A stretch of 64,000 bases of DNA from Lingula anatina. Its lineage: Eukaryota; Animalia; Brachiopoda. Within the stretch, counting starts at the first letter, position 1, and each line of letters begins with the position of its first letter. The notes under the pieces were generated by a model, which ran no database searches, had not been told where the DNA came from, and worked only from the letters and a program-made list of their open reading frames with translations. The translations under genes were made by a program, and so were the position numbers. This document shows positions 25,346 to 39,300 of this stretch, one piece after another. Location: the NCBI GenBank assembly GCA_051362555.1, contig CM120642.1:17174001-17238000 (forward strand), given 5' to 3'.

Positions 25346-27746
25346 AAATAATACAATAAGTTATTATTTTTTAAATAAATTTTATTGCTATTAAACACAA
25401 TTATTATAAAATTTCAAAAATATTTATTCATGTAGGTTTTAAAGCGAAGATTGCCCAAATTCGACGATACGCAAATGGATGGCCAAATGCTTGTAAAACA
25501 TCTATAAGTAGTATATTATCCTTTAGTCACTTTGTGCAGAATATAAAAGAAGCCAAACTACGTGACAACGCTTCGCCCTCATGAAAAGTGACACGATATG
25601 AGGTAGTGACTTCTTCCCCCTAATTTTTAGGCCAAAAGAACAGTAAATTAAATGCAAATACATGTTTTTACTTACATTGCGATGTTGTCTTCGGTATACA
25701 CACTGTCACACGCACAAAAGCAGGTGAAATGAATGCAGCAACGGCCGGAAAATCTGAGGACAACCTCCCAACTCAAGGCCGCACATGCACGGCAATAGCT
25801 CGGCCTGCGTGATTTGAAGTTGGCATTGCACGTTTTCTACTTCTGTGATTGTGTATCGGTTCAGTGTCGAGTGGCAGTGCATGTGCAATTCGAGTCGGCA
25901 ATGAGGACGATTAATCTTTGGGAAATACTTTGGCAAAGAAAAAAGGAACGCTGGTATATCACGATGAAGTGTCTTTTATTATTGATGCTAGTCCTTACTG
26001 GTATTTTTATTATTATTTCAGTTTCATAGCAGCTTTGTCGATTATATTTTTGCGTAATGACGCACATTCGAAGTAGTCCAAGTTTGTATGATAATCGCAC
26101 CACTTGCAGTACTTACAGTTGGGTGCTTTCGTTTGTCTGGGATCGTGAAACTTTGTAGTTAATTTAGTGGCCGATGGAGGCCGTCTTCTCGATCTTGCGG
26201 AAGACGGTCAAAACTTTTTAAGTTTACATTGATAGGTATCGATTTTTTTCTGTCGGAAAAGGGTCAGAAATTTTCAAGATTTCATTGAAGATCTTCTTAC
26301 TTTGTCTGTGACGGTCTTCCATGATTATGTTAAAAGCTGACAGTATTCCAAATTAACTACCATAAGTTGAGCTTATTAATTTATGACGCAACTAAAATGC
26401 CTGGTAACCAGAGGGTATGCAGGAGCTCATTTTATTTCATATAGTAGAACTAGAATACACTGTGACAAAAAAAGGTCTATGTGTTTTTAAACAGCCGGTT
26501 GTACTTGATAATAAATGCAAATTAAGTGTGCTGGCTCTGTACAATGTCTTCAAATATTTTTAATTTGCCAAATGCCTAGAGAAGTTCTATAACATAAAAC
26601 AACCAAAAAGTGCATTTATATATTTGGCAATCCAACACATGGTACAGAGGTGGATTTATTACTATAACCATGCTAATTTATCATTTTTTTCTACTATTAT
26701 AACTTGCCAGATACCAGTACATGTATTTGTTCAACATGTTTCAGTATGTTTTATATGTTGAATAAAGAATTTTAAAGAAAAATATATTCATTAAAAATAC
26801 TGATCTGCCTTTGAAAATGAAGAAAACAATCCACTTATCTTATCAATATCACATAAAACACAGCTAACATTTATGAATACATAAATTAGTCATTTTAGCT
26901 TTCACATTTACTACTGATATTTTTGACCTGCTTCTTATAGATATTGTTTTTTTGGACAAATTTCAGTCATAACAGCGTAAAATGGAATTGGGACTAAAAC
27001 TTATACAGACAGTAACACATATCAACATAAAAATAGAATTACCGACCACATTTAACACGAGTATTCGCCAAATTGAAAATTGATGAAAATGTAAACAAAC
27101 ATTGAGTTGGGCTCGTCTTGGCCGATGCATGACGTCTAATCTTGAATTTTACACGATCTTCCTACAAAAACAGCTGAAGCATTTTTTTACAAGGATAGAT
27201 TTGAATAAAATTTTAGATGCACAATTATGGCTTTTAAACACATTATACAGCCTCTGGAATTTCCTGCACACTTTCTAGTTTGCAAATTATAATGAAAATT
27301 ACGATGTTGTCAAGGAAAAATGTTACCGCGACGTGTGAGTTTGGCGAACATATACTCTGACAAATAAAAGGTTGCCAAATAAAATATTACATGGGTATGA
27401 AGCTTAAATACCCAATTAATATATCATCTGATTGGAAGTATTAGATATTTACTTCTGCAGATAATATTGACATTTTTCGGTCAAATTCCCATTGTTTCAC
27501 AAAAAGAACGCGACGTAACGTAATGGCGCGTGAAAAAACGACGTAAAATCCCTACGCCGTGACAGTATGTGTCCTACTGAACATATTCATTCTGTTTACC
27601 ATTGCGGACTGCGGCTCTGCTTACAGTGTATATGTTGTTTATTCATAGTAAAAATAATGAAAATTAACCGACTTAATTTATAATGAATTTATAATGATAG
27701 TTTTTCCTGTGGTGTGGAGGAATTCTATTAGTAGGATACAAGAACA

Positions 27747-27777
<31 letters not shown>

Positions 27778-27996
27778 TTGGCTTTTAAAGAAAAAGAAGC
27801 ACTATATATTTGTCCTGGAAATCCTAAAATTTCCAGCTTAACATATTCTCCAAAAACTCATAATTAATTAATATGTCAAGTCAAATTTTAAATAATTTAT
27901 TCCAAAATATTGGTTCTCCTATAATTCCCACACCACCTTTATTTTGCAATAATGGCAAAGCTACCCAGCTATCTGAGATATGGCATTTGAATCTTT

Positions 27997-28170
27997 GGGG
28001 CCGTAGCGATAGTCCGAAGGTTCAATAGTCCGAAGGTTCATTGGTCCGAATGTTCACTATAGAACCTTCGGACCAATGAACCCCTGATTAAAAAATCGAT
28101 AAAAATGTTACCACTTTTCGGACCAATGAACCTTCGGACCAATGAACCTTCGGACTATCGAGACGCCCCC
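27997..28170. mobile_element. MITE with 15-bp subterminal repeats and 8-9 bp TSD (gaatcttt)
   Basis: (tagtccgaaggttca)n at left, inverted (tgaaccttcggacca)n at right; gaatcttt on both flanks (27989-27996, 28171-28178). Confidence 0.8.
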
Positions 28171-29196
28171 GAATCTTTGATACTTTTTGGTTACATTTTT
28201 TCACTTGTCAAACTTGTTTACGAAAAATTTTATAAATAGGTCAACGTATAACCTCCTGCATAAATGATACCAAAATACATAAACCCAGGTCCCTATCTTA
28301 GGATCAATTTTTGTATAAATGATAAAATCCCATTGACAAAATATTACAGAATAGTAGCAATTTTTAAAATGCCCATACAAAGACACAGTGATGCCTTTCG
28401 CATGTCACGCATCAAGGATAGGTGAAGGTCGTTCAGAAGTATACTCACTGGAACTAGTTTAAATCAGTTGCGTCCAACTCAACATTGTTCTCAGGTTAGT
28501 TTTCATTACATTTGAGTAAAATTTTCAACTTTCAGCAGTATCAAGGTCGAGAAATTTCACTGTTTGACAGAGGTATCGAGAAACGTCATTTTTTCAGTTT
28601 TTTTCGTTGACTGTTGAATTCGTGAGCAGTGTGACTATACTAGAGATAACACATTCTTGAAACTTTGAAATTTTAAACCTAAGATGATATTTTAAAAATG
28701 ATAATCCAAAGTCCTAAAATCGTGTCCATATTCATAATAAATGACCATTTGTGTAATCCTTTGAAACTACTGGTAAGAGCGCATGCTTATCTACGTGGCT
28801 GTAAAAAATGGCTGCACATTGAGACCGTGTTTGATTTTAATAGAGCCTTATTTGTAAGGTATGTTTTTTCAGTTCGGCCATCGCAAATGCCGCGAAACGG
28901 CTCTACTTCGTGACGCGGACTCACTGAAAAGTTTCAAATCGCCATGACGTTATGTTTTTCAGCCAGTTGCCATCTGACCGTTTAGTGCATACGTGTAAAA
29001 GGGTCAGTGGTCAGTGGTTGAATAAGTAGTTCATTTTTGGAAGCGACTGTCAATCTTGTGAGTTGTTAAAAAGGACAGCACACCAGGGCAATATGCAGGG
29101 AGGAGTACTTTGCCTCGCCGTACTGTTGATTGCAGGGATCAAACTGCGGCAAGCGGCACATATAAAAAACGAAGGTACGATAAAATTCCTTATCTT

Positions 29197-29745
29197 ATGA
29201 TCAAATGTACAGGTGAGTTCTGTGGATTAACTTATTTTTTTGCCATTTCATGGTGAAAATATTGATTATTGATAAAGGATCAGAGTCAAGGGTAGACTCG
29301 CCCTTCAAGAAATCGACGCCTTCAAAAAATCGACGCAAACCGGAAGTACGTATTTTTTTCGCTATTTTTCCCGGCATGCTTTGCGTAAACATTCTGGGTT
29401 GTCAAGGTCAAGTTGTAGTGTCTGATACAAAGTATCGAATGCAACATTTAAACTTTTGTTTATAATACAAAAAGCGTTGATAACGACCCCATTAGACATG
29501 TTGTAGAAGAAGTTAGTTGAACAGAAATAATATTTACTTACATAATTTTCCGTGCTTTTATGCTCTTGTCGACGTCCTATTATTTGCGCATCCTTCGTAT
29601 GAGTAACTCAAATTTAATTTATCATTATTTATTGTCGCCGGTGAATCTGATGATCAAATGTGCAGGTGAGTTCTGTGGATTAACTTATTTTCTTGCCATT
29701 TCATGGTGAAAATATTGATTATTGATAAAGGATCAGATCCAAGGC
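29197..29745 (+). repeat. Pair of ~95 bp direct repeats about 450 bp apart
   Basis: tgatcaaatgt(a/g)caggtgagttctgtggattaac...gataaaggatcaga at ~29198 and ~29652. Confidence 0.85.
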
Positions 29746-29943
29746 AGGATCTAAGTTTTTGAATGTTCCGGATAACAGTTTTAGATCAAAGAGAAACTTT
29801 TTACGACGTCTTGCAATATGTTCATACTGCCAAAACAGTTTCGTGCTGAGTATATCGTGTGAACAGGTCGTTACCTTCCTTTAGCACTATTTATGCGATA
29901 TGACAACTATTGAAACAGTCTAGGGTTCCTAGTAGATGAATAA

Positions 29944-31708
29944 AGTGTTCCCGAAAAACTTTGGACACCTGTCTGACATTATGTCTGACATAAAAAATCT
30001 CGATGTCTGACATTTTTTGATCATGTCAGACATTTGAAAAACATATCATTTTTCATGGTTAAATTATAAAGACAAGTCTGATAAAAACAGCAGTACAAAA
30101 GAGTGCCTACATCAGATACACTGTGAAATAGTGGCCTCATTTTTTTAGCATGTCACAGTCTGGACATCAACTTTTCAGCTTTCTGGGCATTCGAATCACC
30201 AATTTCTTAAAACCTATTGGTCCGACTTAAAATTAACTATTAAAAACAATCCAACAGACTGGACATTTACCTCTATTATATCAATACTAGTTACAATGAC
30301 CTTGATTGGTCAAATCTTTTTGGATTTAGAATTGCATTGTGCATGTAAGTGTTTTAGAATTCAGAAAAATGTCAATCACATTGAAAATATCTTTAAAAAA
30401 CTCAGTTTTATAATAATGTTTTGGTGGAACATTTGTACAGCCTGATTTTTTTTCTAAAAGTAAATAATTGTACTGGATATTCATGTAATACATACATTAA
30501 ACTCTTCCATGTGTACACACAAAATACTGGTAGTAAGAAAATGCAAAATGCATATATATCTTGTTTATTTTTATTTCATGTTCTTAAAAACCTTATCCAT
30601 TAAAAAAAAATGCAAGAGAAAGCTATGTAATGGTGCTTAGACATTGCCTTAATTATATCATATTTATGATTAAAAATAACTCACCTTCAATTTTAATCAC
30701 TATTTAAATATTTGAAATTTATTTTAATGAAACTTCTATCACATAGATTGCCAATTGAAAATATAAAATATGATAAATATAGACAAGAACACAATGGTCC
30801 AATATATGCATGTTGGATTGAAAAAAAAGTTCATCATGTCACATTTATTTTTAAAATCCACTATTTGTTTTTTTTTTTATAAAATAAAGATACATCGTTT
30901 TAATCACTCAGTCTGTACTTATGGCAGCTGAGCAGAAATCAAAACGATATCTGCCTTGGTCAACTTGGTCAACTTCTCTGCACTAGGGAGACAGAGAACG
31001 GCGCCACTGTGTCTGCACTGTGCTCACCCTCAACTGTGTGGCTTCTAAACTGGTCTGAACTGGTTCAGCAGTGGCTAGGCCAAACGTGTAGTAGTGGGGA
31101 ATACACATCGGTGTCATTTATTTTTTACTGTATTATACGTTTGAGTTATTTGGGAGAATCTGATTCAGAGTCCAAGCGTGGGTATTCTTTTTGAGATCAA
31201 AACAATAAAGTAAGTTCCAGTAGACTATGCAGGCCCGTAGCCAGGGGGGCTTCGGGGGGTTCAAAAGAAACCCCCCTTTTTGCTGGGAAAAGGTCCCCTC
31301 TGGGTAAAATTGTATCTAGGTACATGAAGGTTTCCCGGGAAAAGGTCCACTTATTCAGAAAAAGAACCCCCCTTTTGAAATTGCTGGCTACGGGCCTGCT
31401 ATGCACTTGCTTTAAATTCATAAAAAGTTGTACAAACAACGTATGAACCCCAGAATTTCTCAAGGTGGCCAGAAAATGCTCATTAGGGCAAAAGTAATTT
31501 AAAAAGTATCAATTCATGACCTACTTTTTTGCACGGAGCTTGTCATGCAGTGGCAAAAAGCACTGACAACTGGGCCAGGACTTTGAATTTTATATGCTCT
31601 CTCATCTAATAGTACGGACATTGTGACTGGAATGCTGACATTACACGTCAGACATTTTCAATTTATGCCGGACTTGTCCGGCTGTCCGACGGTTTTTCGG
31701 GAACACTG
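29944..31708. mobile_element. Non-autonomous hAT-like element (~1.76 kb)
   Basis: TIR (c)agtgttcccgaaaaac ... gtttttcgggaacactg, subterminal tgtctgacat repeats, flanks tgaataa / tgaataat consistent with a decayed 8-bp TSD. Confidence 0.65.
31229..31398. mobile_element. MITE family 1, 5-bp TSD ctatg, nested in the hAT-like element
   Basis: ctatg|caggcccgtagccag ... ctggctacgggcctg|ctatg. Confidence 0.8.
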
Positions 31709-32258
31709 TGAATAATGAAAAGGCATATCAAAACCTTAATCAAAATCCTATGGCAATATAGAAAAAAATAATTGATCACTTTGTTAAAGGATCTTGAAGA
31801 CAGTTTGTGCCAGATTTGCAAATTACTTAGGCCTGGTTTGGCAAAATGCTGAATGAAATTAAAGACAATTTGTTTTGTATTTCTATTGGCATGACCATAA
31901 TCTTTGTTATTTGAAATATCATACACATGCCACGCGTAAAAATAATAACACAATATCCCTTCCAACTGCGTTACTGAAAAGATGCTATTACATTTACAAA
32001 AGGAAAGAAATCTGTGGCGTTTTCACTAACAATGCACGTAGCCTACTTGTTTAACATCAGTATCGTCTTCATAAAACCAAATAGAATTTGCTAAGATAGA
32101 GACTTCATCGAAAGTGAAGGGCACCCCCTCCCACAAAAATAAGACCTTAAGGTGAAAGTGAAAAGTTCGGGAAACTGACATGACACAAGCGCATCAAGGG
32201 TTCCAAATTATACCCCTTTGAAACCAAAGGAAATTAAGTGGAAAATGCATTTGTTTAG

Positions 32259-32304
<46 letters not shown>

Positions 32305-32324
32305 GGTAGTCCATTTAAGTAGCT

Positions 32325-32660
32325 GGCCCCCTTGTCACAAAGAATCTTAAATCCGTAGTTTACTAGCTCGAGCTGAGTGACCTAGCTAGGTCGACTATGC
32401 TGCAGTCGACTAGGAGTGTTTCACAAAGAATCTAACGTCTTAGCTTGGCGTGCTTAGTCGATGCGCACGAGAAACTCTTCAAGAAAAGGAGGTGTAAAAA
32501 TTCTAAAGTTTCACAAGACATGACGTTTCATGGCCTCTTTCGGCCGAGAACGGTCGTTTATCAACAATAAAGATCAGTCTAAACATAAACAAAGTTTGTT
32601 TTTGAACTTTATTGATTAGTTTAACTTCAATGCAACTTCAGAGCAACAGTAAAACATTAG
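32325..32660 (+). mobile_element. Truncated copy (left half) of the Harbinger-like element at 33750-34486
   Basis: About 335 bp of high similarity to 33750-34090. Confidence 0.8.
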
Positions 32661-32691
32661 GCGTGACACGTTGTTTTCTCCTGCGGCATAA

Positions 32692-32955
32692 TCAGGCCTT
32701 ATAAACGGATTAGGCGTTTGCTACACTACCTGCAGATCTTTCAGCACTAACGCTCATATTAACCACATAACCCACGAATTAACCTACACACCGTACACTT
32801 ATTTAGCACCAACAAAGCGATACTTAGCACTTACTTTCATCTGCTCTGGTAGTGCTGGTTAATATGTGGGTATGGTGGTTAGTGTAGGTGTTGGTGCGTA
32901 AAAGATCTGCGGATAGTGTTAGTAAACGCCAGCCTAATCCGTTTATAAGGCCCGA
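32692..32955. mobile_element. Foldback MITE with TAA TSD (PIF/Harbinger-like)
   Basis: taa|tcaggccttataaacggattaggc ... gcctaatccgtttataaggcccga|taa; the arms pair over most of the length. Confidence 0.75.
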
Positions 32956-33749
32956 TAAAGAGGTCACTAGTACGTATACCTTAGCTGGGATCCAGGTTAT
33001 TTACGATTATATTGTTGAGTGTTATATAACATTTTTGGGACATAAGTTATTAAAAAATATGTAAAAATGTGTAGTAAAAATATTGTATTGATGATACTGA
33101 ACTTTCGGGAAAATAAATCAAAACGCCGCAGAGAACAGAGCGGAATATTCTGATTTTCAATTTAGGTTTTTCTAAATATTTTATAACAACTTCACTATGG
33201 ATTTGATCATTGGCCCAATTTAAATGCACACGAACGTATTGAGTAATAAGAGGCGAGACCGTGCCTTCCACTCAAAAGAGCGCCACACGCGCAAATCCAA
33301 ATGCTGTATATGGTTTAAAATTATTTCGCCGTAACGCGTAGAAGTTAATATCTCGAAAACTACCGTACACCAAATGTTCGATCCAAAAGTAGCAAATGCA
33401 CGTGCAAACACTTAAAACTTCTTATTCATTTCTCACAGACAAAGATACGTCAGATGCCGTTACAATTTATGAAAATTAAGATTTGCTTAATTTTGATATG
33501 ATTGATTTTTTATTTAAAAAATTAATAATTTGATAGCTGAAGCCATCCGCATTTCGGTACGTTGTCTAAAAACGCAATCTGGTTTATAGACACTTTCATC
33601 TACATTTGTGCAGCCGCCCCCGGAGAATTTCGTGGAAGAGTACACCCACGTGCTTATAAAACAAGGTCAATTACAATAGATTATTGCATCACTGCATACT
33701 TGTGCCCTGTCTCGATGTTGTCATAAAGTGGTTTAGCACTGGTCATCTG

Positions 33750-34486
33750 GCCCCCGTTTCATAAAGAATCTTAAATCCGTAGTTGCCTAGCTCGAGCTGA
33801 ATGGCCTTGCTAGGTCGACTACGCTGCAGTCGACTAGGAGTGTTTCACAAAGAATCTAAAGTCGTAGCTTGGTGTGCTTACCGTAGTCGACGCGCACGAG
33901 AAACTCTTCAAGAAAAGGAGGTTTAAAATTTCAAAAGTTTCACAAGACATGACGTTTAATGGCCTCTTTCGGCCGAGAACGATCGTTTATCAACAATAAA
34001 AGTCAGCCAAAACACAAACAAAGTTTGTTTTTTAACTTTATTGATTAGTTTTACTTCAATACAACTTCAAAGTAACAGTTAAACATTAGCTTGTCGTGGA
34101 ACACTGCTGACGGACGTCTAGCGGTCAAAAACATAAACAAACACGCGATCGGCTGGGTAAAGTGGCATTTTATTTTTTTATTTCAATATTCCATAAATGT
34201 CAGTGCTATTCAAGGATATTATAACACAATATCTTGAAGGAGTTATGTTCTTTCCAAATTTTTGTTGTTTATGCTCTCATTTACCGAGTTTTAGTTGAGC
34301 TTGCCGACTTATGTCTCCTCCCGAGGAGGCTAGACATCGTCGACTAGCAGCTAAGAAAAAAACGACGTAAGCGACCTTTTAGATTCTTTGTGAAACGGGA
34401 CTTAGTGACGTAACGACTTAATTACGTTGGTAACCAAGCTCTTAGTCAGGGAAACCGACTTAAGTTTTTTTTTGTGAAACGGGGGC
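33750..34486. mobile_element. Non-autonomous PIF/Harbinger-like element, 3-bp TSD ctg
   Basis: ctg|gcccccgtttcataaag ... tttgtgaaacgggggc|ctg. Confidence 0.75.
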
Positions 34487-35081
34487 CTGGGCAGCTATTT
34501 GATACAGGTGGTTGACCAGTCAATTACGCTCTGGTTTAACAATGTAAACAAGAGGGATCAATGCGTCGTTAGTGTGTTCTAGAACTCGTAGGCCCTATAA
34601 TTTGGCTGCCTGGGTCGGTGCGCATCCTGAGGGTACGGTGTACCACAGACTTAGTCATTTTCTTTTGGTGATTTTATCCTGGCAAATACACAGACTATAT
34701 CCCTATTATTTTCCATTATATTTCACTTGTTGTGGAAGTCTTATAATGTGCACCAATAAACTGGCATTCGATCTCCTGATTTTTCACATAGTCAATAGAG
34801 AATCTTAAAGAAGCATATGAAATGACATTTGTTCTGTCCAGCTTTTCCGAAGCTTTACACGAGATATAGGCACACAGACATAAAATGTGATCTTTACTTT
34901 TGGGTAGTGGATAATATCCTAATATCATATTAGGTATTGGATATAACCGCTACCGCTAGAAATAAAGAAATGTACTGACATGCAGATTAGTACAGATGGT
35001 GCTTTCGATGACGCATATCCACATCAGATTGCTTACAATGGTACAAGTAGTAGGCCTACGTATGTTTCCACAGCTGACAAA

Positions 35082-35363
35082 GAGGCCATTCAGAATGAGA
35101 AGAGCCGTGTGCTTGCTAGGCCACGACCTAAATATGGGCCACGACCTAAATATGGGCTACTAAATACGACCTAGGTCTCGACCGGTTGAATTGAGCCGAG
35201 ATTTAATTACTGTGCCCCTGCAGGGACGGCGCATGGGGGAGGCGTGTGAGAGGCGGAGAACCCATTACAGGATTAAGCAGTCTTCCTTTCATGTACATGT
35301 AGGTCCGTCATATTTAGTTCGTGGCCTAGCTAGCACTCGGCTCTTCTCATTCTGAATGGCCTC
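35082..35363. mobile_element. Foldback MITE; partial copy at 47866-48050
   Basis: gaggccattcagaatgagaagagccg ... cggctcttctcattctgaatggcctc, arms about 55 bp. Confidence 0.75.
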
Positions 35364-35648
35364 AGAGCTGTGTGCATTTCTGGCCCTTACTTCTTTGGTG
35401 ACGTCGTGATGGTAATAAGACCCGAGTGTCCATGTTACTTAATGGTTAATACACAACTCCCATAGCATGGGTACCTTTCACACAATTTGGATCACGACTC
35501 GTACAATGGAATCATAAGAGCTAAACCTTGATGTCAAAGTTTCTTTTCTACAGCAACGCCGTGTTCGTGATGGAAGGAAAGTCAACATGTAATTTGGGTT
35601 TACGTCCTTTAAGGTGTCATGATTTTGATATATATCAGTCTGGACACA

Positions 35649-36342
35649 ATGGACAGAATGGATTCTGCCCTGTAGTTACCGATACTCTCCCTCGCTGCCC
35701 TTTCCCAAAGTAAGCCATAAAATTATGAGCTATTTAGTTTTTTTCTTTTGGAAAATGTGATTTTCCTGTCTGTTGAAACATCCTAACTTATTCATCTTCG
35801 GCTCTATACATATGTCTGGAGTGTTATATTTGCAACATTTCAGTTAAGAAGGTTGTATTACAAAAATGGGTCTACTGCTGAAACAGAAGCGCTTTAGCCT
35901 GTTTGAATAATCACGCTTATGTCAACTTGTTTTCATCATCTGTTTTGATTAGTTATTTGTGACGGTAATTTTATAGCCTAAAACGATGCATCAACTTATA
36001 AATGAATAATTGTATTGGAAAAATCTTGTAGGAGCGATATAAATATAGTCGTTATTTCAATGTTTTAGATCTCGAAGTAGTCACCATAAGGGAGGTGACA
36101 GACCCAGTCAAACGCGAGCTTGGCACTGACCAGCCTGACGCACGGTACCAATTTGACGCCCACGGCAAGAGCTTTGATCTCCGTCTGAAGAGAAACAACC
36201 GAATCAACTTGAGGACGACGCCTGTGCATTACCTCGACCACACTGGGAGGGTTACAAAGAGAGCTCTAGGAAGCGATGACGTAAGGAGATGTCTTATTTT
36301 GGGTTGCCATGTCTGCTTGGTATGATTAAGAAGGAGTCCAAA

Positions 36343-36395
<53 letters not shown>

Positions 36396-39300
36396 CCGCC
36401 AAGAAGATTGTGTATTTTACCTCCGTTTCTATGTTTGTTTGATTGGCACCAGCCTTACTCAAAAAGTTATGGATGGATTTTGATGGTAAAATTTTCAGTA
36501 TCGGTTGGAAAAAGGCTAACTGAAAGATTTTGTTGGTGATCCGTGTTCTGGGCCATCATCTGGATCCAAGAACTGCTTAAAGGATTCTCCACCGTTGCAC
36601 GATAGGGCCTTGACCCGCTGTGCAATGAATGTGCTCTCTACCACAATCTATCAGTGTCAATTTCTTGGCGGAGGTCTTCGCTCTCCGGGTGTTTTTTTAG
36701 TAGCTTTAAATTATTGATAAAGTGTCCTAATATTATTAAGGTATTATGAACATTATGAATTTTGAAACCTACTCAAATAAAAAAATTAGATTAATAGCTT
36801 TACTTCCATCTACGTCATCTGTTTCAGGATTTCACTCTCTATCAAGATAAGGCCAGCAACGCCGCTGTTGCAGTATATACCGATAAAAGACATCCGAAAA
36901 ATCAAAAGAAAATGGTGAGTTCTGTTTCCTCTCACTGTAAGAACAAACAAAAAGTGCTAAAAGTAAAACACATATCTATCCTATCGAATTCGTGTCAAGT
37001 TTTTTAAGCCTACTGAACTCTCTCTCTCAGTAATACCTACCAGTAGCTCCACTGACACCTTGTGAAAATTAGATTTTTTGAAAATTTCACAGGAGGGCTT
37101 TGTTATCGATGCAGACAAAATGTATGAACTTCGTCACTTAAAAGACGACAAATACGTCGTGGCTCGTCAGAACATAGAATCAAACCCCCCAGGAGAGGAA
37201 GACGTCGACACATATGCCGGTAGGTACCCGGTACATATATGTTAAAAGTTATATGCCTGATTTAAAACCGGTTTTTTTTTTTCGGACGTTTCAGCATTAA
37301 ATTTTGGTGTCTGTTTGAACAGTAGTCAAACAGTGTAAGCGCTTCATTGCGTAGACATTTGTATGGTTACTGAATGTATAGGTCCTATACTTGTATTAAG
37401 ACATCGTGATGGTCATGGATTTTATTTATTCCGAAAAAAATGCAAACAAAATATTCATCCGTGCCTGAAATTGTCGGTACTGTTTTTGGCACTGTTTTTG
37501 GTTTATCCTTCTAACGAGACATCAATTTCACTTTCTTGGTAACCATTATTCGCACGATCCATGTATTGTACGATTATTTAATAAACAGATTATAATTCCA
37601 TTCTATCTGATATTATAAGTATTGAATGTATGACCATTGCGCTATTTCTATCTAATAATTTACACGTACTGGTGCAATGTCCACTTGTTACAGAAAAACC
37701 AACACCTCGTCAGCTTCATCTCCATGTTCGCCGGTCAGCCGACGAGTCCACGCTTTCCCGGACCTTGAGGGACGTGCTGACCGCTATAAACAAGCAGAAA
37801 ACCGATAAAGCCATAGAACGTAGCAAGAGACAGACATATAGTGGGTCCCACATTGACGCCAGCGTGGAACTCATGGTGTGCACCGATGACACGATCTGGA
37901 CCTACTTTATGGGGCGGAATAACCAAGACGCTGCTGCGGCGGAAAAGGAACTGAAAAGATACTTCGCCCTGATAACTAATGGGGTACATTTTTTTCTTTG
38001 AATATTGGCATGTCAGTTTATTGCACATGTCATTTCAAAAGCCACTGTTAAAGACATAAAGAATATATATTGCTCCACAGTAATGTACATGCACTGAACT
38101 TTAAAAATATTTTATCACATTACTCTCATTAATTGATATGTAATTTTGTACGATGGATTAGTTGTTTTATTTAAGATAAATCTGTTATTTTTTCAAAATT
38201 AATGCTGAATATCAAAGTGTCCAATTATTAGAATGTCCATCAAAATATGAGAAAGGATGCTGTGCCATTCCTTAAAAGGACGCTTAGACTCAATTTCTGT
38301 ACAGCGAACAAATAATGTTAGCTGTGATGTCGAAACGTTTAACTTGTGCGAGTGATTTAATAATTTTTACTAATTGTAACAATCATTTATTAATTTTTTC
38401 CCCCAGATGGACCTTCGCTTCCAAAATATTAAGGATCCAGATTTGAATATTTACGTTGTATTGGCAGCATATGTTATTGCCAAGGTAATATTCGTTCTGA
38501 ATTCTTCAACTGGTCACTGCACGGAAGTAGAATTATCATCGGTACACAGGGAAGCAAAAACATCAAGTAAAGTATATTTATTAATGAGTGGTCGTGATGA
38601 TGCCCCGCGTTCGTACAAAGTCCACTCTGTTACGCTAACAACCGGTGTAACGTGACACGGAGTCCCCCATCATAGAGAGCCTGCTTCCCATTCATTTAAA
38701 CAGGTAAGCCTCGCCATAGATTTTGACCCACTCAGGTGAGGCTAACCCTAACCATTATAACTATGGAGGGCGGATTTTCTGTTACGCGAACCCTCAGTTT
38801 CGTTGCACCAGCAAAAACAGCATGATATACACCCAAAGTGAAAAACTGTCTTATTGCAGCGAGTTATCAACCTCGCTAAGACGGTAGTTTATGACGTATC
38901 CGAAAGGTCACGGTTTGCGCAGAATGCATGGAAACGTGTGCGATTGCACATTATTATATGATAAAAAAGTGCATTTGTTTAAATGTCGTCATTTGTTGTA
39001 AAACGGAAACAATTGTGACTTAACCATCTAAACTCGCTTGAATAAAAACTGAACGTATGGTAGTGGCAAAATGTTTTAAGGGGAAAAGATATTACAGAAG
39101 GTGGAGATACTGTGTAATAGCCTCGGCTAGATTGCCAAGATAAACTTTAAAACGGTAAGATTCTATAATCCTCAGGGCGCCGGTGGGGCTCCTTGGTTTA
39201 GTAATAACGTGCTACCGGGAGAACCGGAGAAAGACGGAAGGAAAATGGTGAATAGAAAAACCTCCCTGGATGACTGGTGCAAGTACCGCAAAAAGAACTA

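Larger units (their letters stand above)
15438..25504. mobile_element. AcademH/AcademHP-type DNA transposon (transposase with PHD finger plus RecQ-like helicase), decayed
   Basis: Long inverted repeats (15445-16224 vs 24534-~25345) enclose two convergent intron-containing genes. A transposase plus RecQ-type SF2 helicase, with a PHD finger, is the known make-up of the AcademH/HP lineage. The right end at 25504 (...catcta) is inferred; the outer left end appears deleted; no TSD seen. Confidence 0.85.

Noticed and set aside
27997-28170. Regular short repeats resembling a CRISPR array
   Set aside because: No unique spacers, repeats are inverted between ends, flanked by a TSD, eukaryotic context: it is a MITE.
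26458-28390. cactgtg ... cacagtg pair resembling Transib/RSS heptamer termini
   Set aside because: The match is only ~7-9 bp, there is no matching TSD, and no transposase remnant was recognised.
29197-29745. Possible TRIM/LTR retroelement
   Set aside because: No TSD, primer-binding site or polypurine tract could be identified; kept only as a direct repeat.
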